Shown: piece by piece, positions 56,506 through 64,000 of the stretch
Numbering within the stretch: position 1 is the stretch's first letter
How the letters are laid out: every line of letters starts with the position of its first letter
Source: Candidatus Sumerlaeaceae bacterium
GTDB taxonomy: Bacteria > Sumerlaeota > Sumerlaeia > Sumerlaeales > Sumerlaeaceae
DNA: 64,000 bases
Assembly (NCBI GenBank): GCA_051003195.1
Contig: JBPCLP010000020.1
Coordinates: forward strand, 64,001 to 128,000
Direction of reading: 5' to 3'
Translations under genes and position numbers: made by a program
The notes under the pieces: generated by a model
Told to the model about the DNA's origin: nothing
The model's database searches: none
The model's input: the letters and a program-made list of their open reading frames with translations, nothing else

Positions 56506-59331
56506 CTACACCGTCGCTTCTTCCGCACGCGGCACACGGCGGCGCTCGCGGTGTGCGAGCATCATGAGCACGTAGGGCAGAATTCCCCCGTGACGGTAGT
56601 ACTGCACCTCGTTGGGCGTGTCGATACGCGCGATGGCGGTGAACTCCTCACACTTGCCGTCGGGAGACGTTGCCCGCACTTTGAGTTTCATGCCGGGCTT
56701 AATGCCCGCGGCGATTCCTATAATTTCGTAGGTCTCGTTGCCGGTCAGGCCAAGGATTTCGCGATCCTGTCCTTCTTCGAACTGCAACGGGAGCACGCCC
56801 ATCCCGACCAGGTTGGATCGGTGAATGCGCTCGTAACTTTCAGCAATCACCGCACGCACGCCGAGCAGTGCCGGTCCCTTCGCCGCCCAGTCGCGGCTTG
56901 AGCCGGAACCGTATTCCTTGCCCGCGATGACGATGCTCGGTACGCCTTCATCTTTATAGCGCATTGCCGCATCATAGATGGACATGGGTTCCTGTTCAGG
57001 CTGGTGTAGCGTCACACCGCCTTCAGTTCCGGGAGCCAGCAGGTTGCGCAGCCGGATGTTGGCGAACGTACCGCGCATCATAACCTCATGGTTGCCGCGG
57101 CGCGCGCCGTAGCTGTTGAAATCTTTGATCTGCACGCCGTGTTCCAGCAGGTACATGCCTGCAGGGCCCTTGGGCGAAATTGATCCGGCGGGAGAGATGT
57201 GATCGGTCGTGACCGAATGCCCAAGCATGGCAAGCACGCGCGCCCCCGTAATATCGCCGGGCTCGATTACCTCTTCGCTCAGGTTGGTAAAGAAGGGTGG
57301 CTCCTTCACGTACGTGGATGCCTCATCCCAGGCGAACAGCTTGCCCTGGGGCACAGGCAGGCTACGCCACACTTCGTCCCCGTGGAAAACCTGGGCGTAG
57401 GTCTGACGGAACATTTCGCTCTGCACAGATTTTTGCATCAGCTCGTTCACCTCCGCCTGCGAAGGCCATATGTCGCTAAGCATGACTGGATTGCCATCGG
57501 GATCCGCGCCAATGGGTTCCGTGGTCAGGTCGATATCCATATTACCGGCCAGGGCGTAGGCGACAACAAGCGGAGGCGATGCGAGGTAGTTTGCGCGAAC
57601 CAGCGGGTTAATGCGTCCTTCGAAGTTTCGGTTACCGGATAGAACCGCGGCTGCCACGAGGTCGCCTTTTGTGACCGCCTGGCTCACATCTTCGGGTAAT
57701 GGCCCGGAGTTCCCGATACAGGTGGCACATCCGTAACTAACGATATGAAACCCGAGCTCTTCCAGGCAACCCATCAAGCCGGCTTCCTGCAGATACTCGC
57801 GGACCACCTTGCTGCCGGGGGCGAGGCTGGTTTTGACCCATGGTTTAACTTTCAGCCCGCGTTCGACCGCTTTTTTGGCCAGGAGGCCGGCGCCGATCAT
57901 AACGCTTGGGTTGCTTGTGTTTGTGCAGCTTGTGATCGAAGCGATCACCACGGCCCCATGCGTGATTTCAAAAGCGCGTTCTTCACGCTCAATCCGTACG
58001 ATATCGTCGAGTGCGCCCAGGTCCGGCAAGGTCGCTGCGGCCGTCGCAGCGGATGCGCCGGACAACCATGCAGCTTTGACTTCGTCGGGCAGTTTACCCT
58101 TGGACGCCTCGATAAACTCGACGAGTGATTGCCGCCAGCTCGGACGCATTTCTTTCAGCAGCACGCGGTCCTGCGGACGCCGAGGTCCCGCCAGGCTTGG
58201 TTCGACGGTCCCGAGGTCGAGCTCCACAACATCGGTGAACTCCGGCTGCGCCGCTCCGGACATCCGGAAAAGTCCCTGATGCCTGCAGTACGCTTCGACG
58301 AGAGCGATTTGCTCGTCCGAGCGGCCTGTAAAGCGCAGGTACTCCAGCGTCTTTTCATCCACGGGGAAGAAGCCGACGGTCGCGCCATATTCAGGCGCCA
58401 TGTTGGAGATGGTTGCGCGGTTGGGAACGCTTAGCTCGGCCAGGCCGTCGCCGAAGAATTCAACGAATCGGCCGACCACGCCCTTCTTGCGCAGGATCTG
58501 CGTGACCATAAGCACCAGGTCGGTTGCGGTGGTGCCCGCCGGCAGTTTGCCGGTCAGTTTCATTCCGATAACCTGTGGTATCAACATGCTGATCGGCTGA
58601 CCGAGCATGGCCGCCTCGGCCTCAATTCCGCCGACTCCCCAACCAAGCACGCCCAGTGCATTGACCATGGGAGTGTGACTGTCGGTGCCGACGAGTGTAT
58701 CGGGGTACGCCTGGAACACGTCCAGCGTGCACTCTTTTGTAAACACGACGCTGGCGAGGAACTCGAGGTTTACCTGGTGCACGATCCCGGTGTCCGGCGG
58801 CACGACGCTGAAGTTGGAGAATGCGCCGGCGCCCCACCGCAGGAACGTGTAACGCTCCTGGTTGCGTTCGTATTCCAGTTTGGTGTTCTCAAGGAAGGCG
58901 CTGCGGGAGCCGGAGAAGTCGATCTGGACGCTGTGATCGATGACCAGATCAACTCTTTCGAGCGGGTTGATGCGATTAGGGTCGATTCCCATACGCACGG
59001 CAGCATCGCGCATAGCGGCAAGGTCGACCACGCATGGCACACCGGTAAAATCCTGAAGAAGCGTACGCGCAGGCGCGAATGCGATTTCACTGTCGGGTAT
59101 CGCTTTCGAATCCCAGTTTACCAGCGCGGCGATACTCTTGCTGTCGAGCTCCGCGCCGCTGTCGTGGCGGAGCAGGTTTTCCAGGAGCACTTTAAGAGAG
59201 ATCGGCAGGCGGTCAATGTCGCTGCCCAGCTCAGCCTGTTTCAGCTTCGCCAGGGAAAAGATTTCAAAGTCTTTGCCGCTGCTCGTTAGCGTTGTCCGTG
59301 TCCGGAAGGTGTCGCCTTTTTGCTCGCTCAT
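56506..59331 (-). CDS. acnA: Aconitate hydratase A
   Basis: [56 protein letters not shown]. Confidence 0.97.
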   Translation of the reverse strand: MSEQKGDTFRTRTTLTSSGKDFEIFSLAKLKQAELGSDIDRLPISLKVLLENLLRHDSGAELDSKSIAALVNWDSKAIPDSEIAFAPARTLLQDFTGVPCVVDLAAMRDAAVRMGIDPNRINPLERVDLVIDHSVQIDFSGSRSAFLENTKLEYERNQERYTFLRWGAGAFSNFSVVPPDTGIVHQVNLEFLASVVFTKECTLDVFQAYPDTLVGTDSHTPMVNALGVLGWGVGGIEAEAAMLGQPISMLIPQVIGMKLTGKLPAGTTATDLVLMVTQILRKKGVVGRFVEFFGDGLAELSVPNRATISNMAPEYGATVGFFPVDEKTLEYLRFTGRSDEQIALVEAYCRHQGLFRMSGAAQPEFTDVVELDLGTVEPSLAGPRRPQDRVLLKEMRPSWRQSLVEFIEASKGKLPDEVKAAWLSGASAATAAATLPDLGALDDIVRIEREERAFEITHGAVVIASITSCTNTSNPSVMIGAGLLAKKAVERGLKVKPWVKTSLAPGSKVVREYLQEAGLMGCLEELGFHIVSYGCATCIGNSGPLPEDVSQAVTKGDLVAAAVLSGNRNFEGRINPLVRANYLASPPLVVAYALAGNMDIDLTTEPIGADPDGNPVMLSDIWPSQAEVNELMQKSVQSEMFRQTYAQVFHGDEVWRSLPVPQGKLFAWDEASTYVKEPPFFTNLSEEVIEPGDITGARVLAMLGHSVTTDHISPAGSISPKGPAGMYLLEHGVQIKDFNSYGARRGNHEVMMRGTFANIRLRNLLAPGTEGGVTLHQPEQEPMSIYDAAMRYKDEGVPSIVIAGKEYGSGSSRDWAAKGPALLGVRAVIAESYERIHRSNLVGMGVLPLQFEEGQDREILGLTGNETYEIIGIAAGIKPGMKLKVRATSPDGKCEEFTAIARIDTPNEVQYYRHGGILPYVLMMLAHRERRRVPRAEEATV

Positions 59332-59579
59332 CAGTTACCAGGTTCCTCCAATATCCTCAGCCAAAACGGGGGCTGCCCGCCGTGCGCGCAAGTTAAGTTT
59401 TGCTCGTATTTAGTGACAGCGGTGTGCCTGACCAGTCTCATCTGCATACCAGAAATGTCATTTTTAGTCATCATCCGGCGCACATTTAGGGAACAGACGG
59501 CACTTATCATGATCATCGTGATGTTTTCGCTTTGCAATTGGCCCACTTGAGACCGGAAAACCCTAATTAAACCGAGCTC

Positions 59580-62159
59580 ATGAGCGCCTCTTCTGAAGCA
59601 CAGCCCCGGTCACAAGTAGACGCAGCCCTTGCTGCGGCTGGATGGACATTGCAGGATGGTAACCAGGCAAATCTGTCGGCGGGCTACGCTATCGCGCTCA
59701 GGCGGTTTCCCCTGGCTTTCAGTCCCACGCACGGCAATTCCGACTACCTGCTTTATGTCTCGGGAGTTATCGCAGGCGTGGTGCGCATTCTTCCCGAGCT
59801 GCCAATGCTGATCGAGCCTGACGAGGAACAGATACACGGGGCGGAAGCTGGAGATCGTCGGCAGAAGGACAAAGCGGAGCTGAACGATAACCGCGTTCTT
59901 CCCTCGGCGGAGCCGATGCACTGGCAAGGGAAGGCAAAACCTTCTGCTGAACGGCGACAGGGCACACGTGCGGCGTTCGTCTATGAAACTGATGGCACCC
60001 GGATACAGTTTCGTGATGTCCGCAAGGAGCCGGCACGGGCGCATGCGCTCCACCATTTTCATCGCCCGTTTGCACTGGCAGCATGGCTTAGCGGGACAGC
60101 CGCTCCGTTGGACACTCCGCAGAACAACGTCCTTCTCGATCCTGAAGGGCTGTCGACCGAACGATTCCTGGACCGGTTGCAAGCTATTCCACGCATAGGC
60201 GACCGGGCATTGTGGCCGGGCGAACGCCTTGTGCTTGAGGCACTTCAGACTTCATTGCGACGCGGCAATCGTCGGGTACTGGCGCAGATGGCGCCGGGCA
60301 GCGGCAAGACACACACGCTGCTTAACATCGCGTATCAATTGCTCGAGCATGCGAATGCCGCGCGCGTTCTTCTGCTCGTGGACAATGACCCGCTTGCGTA
60401 CCAGACGTGCGAGGAGTTCCGAAGCCTTCGTCCGCCGGTTTATGCCAGCCCCAGTGCCACGCCGCTGCCATTTGATATTACTCCCGAAGCTCACACGCTG
60501 GCGGCGCAACAGTTGTCTGGCCGTCCATTGGACCCTGCGGCCCGCCTCGTCATAGGCAGTTCTTACCGGCTGCTTGCGCATTGGCCGACCGAAGACAGCT
60601 CGAGTGAGGATATAGTCTCCCTCACAACTTTCTCCAGCGACATGACAAAGCGTCTGCCATCGCTGCGAGGTGAAGGAAGTGCCGCGGAGGAGCCGGATGG
60701 AATTTTTGCAGCTCCGCGTAACTCCAAGCTGCCGACGGAAACCTTCGATGTAATCCTGTGCGATGACCTTTCGCCAGATGCGCTCAAGGCGCTCACTCCA
60801 GTCTTTAACTATTTCGATGCACCACTGCTTGCGGTGTGTGGAACACTGTGCCGTTTCACACTGGAGTTGTTTGGAAACCGGGTTGTAGCAGAGTACCCGT
60901 ACGAGCAGGCAATAGCAGACGGCGCAATCCTTCCGTTCGAAACGTATGCAATTCGTGTGAAACCCGGGATTGCAGATAATCTTGAAACGCAAGCCGGCCC
61001 GTTGGAGATCCATCGCGAACCGGAACTCGTCACACGACTCGAGCGCTGGCGCAAGACAGACGATTGCGTAGGGCCTTCCTCGGATTTTTCGCGGGATAGT
61101 GCAATGGAGCATGAGGAGCGGAGCCTTGCCGATTTTACGCTTTTGCTCGCTCTACGCGACCGACTGCCGCGTGAAATTTTCCCGCAGCGCACGCAAGTTC
61201 CGAAGACCCTGCTGGTGGCACGCGATCAGACGCACGCAGAATCGTTGCTGGAGCTTACGAGGGAAGTATTCTCGACCAACGAAGAGTTCGCACGCATTTT
61301 GAGCATGACTGGCCCAAAGGCCTCAGGGGAATATGAGGCCCTTGTTTTCCGCAAAGTCTCCGAGAAGCGCCCGCATGCCCTGGGTGAACCGCGGACGCCG
61401 AGCCCCGACGCACATTATCCATATCTGACTGCATTCCGGTCTGACGTTCTCCCGCGCATCGGGATTGTACCGGCAGATAGCTTCGCCGTAACGGTGGATT
61501 TGCGGCCAACCGAGCTTCTGGTATTAATGACCTGCGTGAGAAGCCGCGCGCATTTTGAGGCAATCAAGGGCCGTGCAATACGCGCGCTGCGGCGCGCTGA
61601 GTACCTGCGTATTTCGCCCGATGGACATCCGGCTGCCGGTAAAACGCGCGCGGTGATCGTCGATACGGTCGGCATATTCGACACAGAAGCGCCGTCTGAA
61701 AGTTTTCCCCTGGACCGTCGTCCAGGTGTGCCGCTGGCCCAACTGCTGCAGGACGTCGCATTTGGCGCTGTCGGAGATCAGACAGCGCGATCCATGGCAG
61801 CGCGGTTTCTTCAACTGGACTGCGTTTTAAGTCCCGGAGAACGCGATTCGGTAGCGAAGGCAGCAGGCGGCGCAACGCTGCACACTTTGGCGATGCGGCT
61901 GCTGGCGGCGCTCGACGTGAATCGACAGATCGCCCAGGCGTCGCGCGCGCTCAGGCCAGGTGCAACGGTCAGTGAAAAGATGATCGAACAGGCGGCAACG
62001 GCGTTACTTCAGCAGGCCGTGGCACGCATTCATTCCAGCGTCGGGTTGCGCAACATCATTATTCAATTACACCGCCAGCATAATCCCAAGCCATCCGATG
62101 CAGGAGAACTGGACGAGAGCCAGATGGAAGACCTCGGGAACGAGGAAACCTGGCGTTAG
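59580..62159 (+). CDS. Type I restriction subunit R (HsdR)-like protein with degenerate catalytic motifs
   Basis: AAGW..QD...NL.AG, DYLLYV, FHRP, QMAPGSGKT, YFDA, VPKTL and IVDTVG follow the HsdR layout. The nuclease ExK and DExH motifs are absent. Confidence 0.8.
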   Translation: MSASSEAQPRSQVDAALAAAGWTLQDGNQANLSAGYAIALRRFPLAFSPTHGNSDYLLYVSGVIAGVVRILPELPMLIEPDEEQIHGAEAGDRRQKDKAELNDNRVLPSAEPMHWQGKAKPSAERRQGTRAAFVYETDGTRIQFRDVRKEPARAHALHHFHRPFALAAWLSGTAAPLDTPQNNVLLDPEGLSTERFLDRLQAIPRIGDRALWPGERLVLEALQTSLRRGNRRVLAQMAPGSGKTHTLLNIAYQLLEHANAARVLLLVDNDPLAYQTCEEFRSLRPPVYASPSATPLPFDITPEAHTLAAQQLSGRPLDPAARLVIGSSYRLLAHWPTEDSSSEDIVSLTTFSSDMTKRLPSLRGEGSAAEEPDGIFAAPRNSKLPTETFDVILCDDLSPDALKALTPVFNYFDAPLLAVCGTLCRFTLELFGNRVVAEYPYEQAIADGAILPFETYAIRVKPGIADNLETQAGPLEIHREPELVTRLERWRKTDDCVGPSSDFSRDSAMEHEERSLADFTLLLALRDRLPREIFPQRTQVPKTLLVARDQTHAESLLELTREVFSTNEEFARILSMTGPKASGEYEALVFRKVSEKRPHALGEPRTPSPDAHYPYLTAFRSDVLPRIGIVPADSFAVTVDLRPTELLVLMTCVRSRAHFEAIKGRAIRALRRAEYLRISPDGHPAAGKTRAVIVDTVGIFDTEAPSESFPLDRRPGVPLAQLLQDVAFGAVGDQTARSMAARFLQLDCVLSPGERDSVAKAAGGATLHTLAMRLLAALDVNRQIAQASRALRPGATVSEKMIEQAATALLQQAVARIHSSVGLRNIIIQLHRQHNPKPSDAGELDESQMEDLGNEETWR

Positions 62160-62325
62160 TGTGGTCTACCGTTAGTTCGTAATCAGTTCTGTCTGCCTTT
62201 GCAGGGGGCCATCACCGCCTCCAGGGTAACACGTGCCGCATAAACAAACGCGCTTCGCATAGGCAACTGGACATGAATTGCCTCGTGATCGTTATCCCCT
62301 CCCTAACGTTCGGAACGGATCCGCA

Positions 62326-64000
62326 TTGAGTCCATCCGACTCTATTATCGAGGAAGACCACGTCACGCCTGAAGTGAGTCGCGGGCTGGTGCTGCGGCTG
62401 ATCCGATTTCTTGCACCGTACTGGCGGTCCATTGCCCTTGCCAGTTTTCTTTCGCTGTTGATTGCCGGCCTTACGCTGGCCGGGCCGAAGATCGTGCAGC
62501 TGGCGATCGATGAGCACATCGCCGTCGGGGATGCCCGCGGCGTTTTACGGCTCAGCCTGCTGTACCTTGCTACCATAGTTTCCATCCTGGTGTTGGAATA
62601 CTGCCGCGAGTGGATGACGGCATATGTAGGTCAGCACGCGATGTTCGACCTGCGCAGGGAGCTGTTCGCGCATATCCAGCGACTGTCGCTTCCGTTCTTC
62701 GATCGCAATCCGGTCGGGCGTGTCATGACGCGTATCACCAGTGACGTGGCTGCTCTAAACGAAATGTTCAGCCAGGGCCTGACGACTCTCGCAGGCGATT
62801 TATTTCTGCTGGTTGCAATCGCTGGCATTCTGCTGTACAAGAACTGGCTGCTCGCGCTGCTGATATTTTCGACGATCCCGGTGCTGATCGGTGCCGCAGG
62901 CTGGTTTCGCAAGACAGTGAGGGCCGGGTTTCGCGAAGTGCGGGCGAGCCTGAGTCGACTCAATGGTTACCTGCAGGAGAACCTGAGCGGAATGCGCACC
63001 GTGCAGGCGTATAACCGGCAGGCGAAAAATTACGCGCAGTTTCATGAGTTGAACGAACAGTACCGGCAGGCAAACCTGAAGACGATCTTCGCCTACGCAG
63101 TGTTTCTGCCGATCGTTGAACTGCTCGCGGCTGTCGCGATGGCGCTGATCGTGTGGTACGGCGGCATCGCTTCTCTGGACGGCACCATCACGGTCGGTAC
63201 GATCGTGTTGTTTATCCAGTACTGCTCCCGATTTTACCAGCCGGTGAAAGACCTGAGCGATAAGTTTAATGTTCTACAAACTGCAATCGCGGCAAGCGAG
63301 CGCATATTCAAGCTGCTGGACGAAGTTCCGGAAGTGCAGGCGCCACCGAACCCCAAGCGGTTTGAACGGCTGGAGCGTGAAATCGAATTTCAGAATGTGT
63401 GGTTCGCCTATAAGGATGAGCAATGGGTGCTGCGCGACATTTCATTTGAGGTGAAGCGGGGCGAAACCGTCGCACTCGTAGGAGCGACGGGAAGCGGGAA
63501 GACGACGATCGCGAATCTTTTGACGCGATTCTATGACGTGCAAAAAGGTGCCGTGCTGGTCGACGGCGTCGATGTGCGGGAACTCGACCCGTTGGAGCTT
63601 CGGCAACGCATGGCGGTCGTGCTGCAGGATAACTTCTTGTTCAGCGGAGATATCGAATCCAATATCCGGCTTGGAAATGAAAGCATCACGGACGAAAAGC
63701 TGCACCAGGCAGCAGAATTCGTAAATGCGGCGGATTTCATCTCGAACCTGCCGGACGGGTACAAAGCCGAAGTGCTGGAGCGCGGAGCCACTATATCCGT
63801 TGGCCAGAAACAGTTGCTCGCATTTGCGCGAGCGCTGGCATTCAATCCTGAGATTCTTATCCTGGACGAGGCCACGGCGAGTATCGATACCGAGACGGAA
63901 CTGCTGATCCAGGATGCGCTCGCGAAACTGCTGAAGGGACGCACCTCCATTGTGATCGCACATCGCCTGTCGACGATCCAAAATGCGGATCGGATCCTGG
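62326..64000 (+). CDS. ABC exporter, fused permease + ATPase (runs off the window end; not in the ORF track)
   Basis: Manual frame: TM domain (FFDRNPVGRVMTRITSDV), Walker A GATGSGKT at 63481, ISVGQKQ, ILDEAT, IAHRLST. TTG start uncertain. Confidence 0.93.
   Translation, partial: MSPSDSIIEEDHVTPEVSRGLVLRLIRFLAPYWRSIALASFLSLLIAGLTLAGPKIVQLAIDEHIAVGDARGVLRLSLLYLATIVSILVLEYCREWMTAYVGQHAMFDLRRELFAHIQRLSLPFFDRNPVGRVMTRITSDVAALNEMFSQGLTTLAGDLFLLVAIAGILLYKNWLLALLIFSTIPVLIGAAGWFRKTVRAGFREVRASLSRLNGYLQENLSGMRTVQAYNRQAKNYAQFHELNEQYRQANLKTIFAYAVFLPIVELLAAVAMALIVWYGGIASLDGTITVGTIVLFIQYCSRFYQPVKDLSDKFNVLQTAIAASERIFKLLDEVPEVQAPPNPKRFERLEREIEFQNVWFAYKDEQWVLRDISFEVKRGETVALVGATGSGKTTIANLLTRFYDVQKGAVLVDGVDVRELDPLELRQRMAVVLQDNFLFSGDIESNIRLGNESITDEKLHQAAEFVNAADFISNLPDGYKAEVLERGATISVGQKQLLAFARALAFNPEILILDEATASIDTETELLIQDALAKLLKGRTSIVIAHRLSTIQNADRIL

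Noticed and set aside
59580..62159. Functional Type I restriction-modification system
   Set aside because: No hsdM or hsdS is nearby and the catalytic motifs are missing.

Overview
A GC-rich bacterial chromosomal window with about 55 CDS. I recognised no rRNA, tRNA, CRISPR array, transposase or prophage. Housekeeping and metabolic genes include leuC/leuD, rpsA, yicC, lepB, galT, acnA, a TPP-dependent 2-oxoacid decarboxylase, xdhC and mbfA. These are interleaved with glycan-use genes (GH51, a Tat-exported GH-like protein, a beta-helix/CBM9-like protein, a sulfatase, two sugar ABC systems), two toxin-antitoxin loci, an ECF sigma/FecR pair and three dispersed GspG-like prepilin paralogs. The paralog style suggests Candidatus Sumerlaeota (BRC1) or a similar lineage; this is inference only. 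The most notable signals are: (1) three unrelated secreted proteins ending in the same motif, TAA-x(2-4)-W-x-L-[FYL]-[DEN]-stop, a candidate C-terminal sorting signal; (2) an operon of four ~300-aa acidic all-helical proteins of unknown function; (3) an intact but apparently catalytically dead orphan HsdR homolog; (4) two families of dispersed non-coding repeats. All family assignments come from reading motifs by eye, not from database searches.
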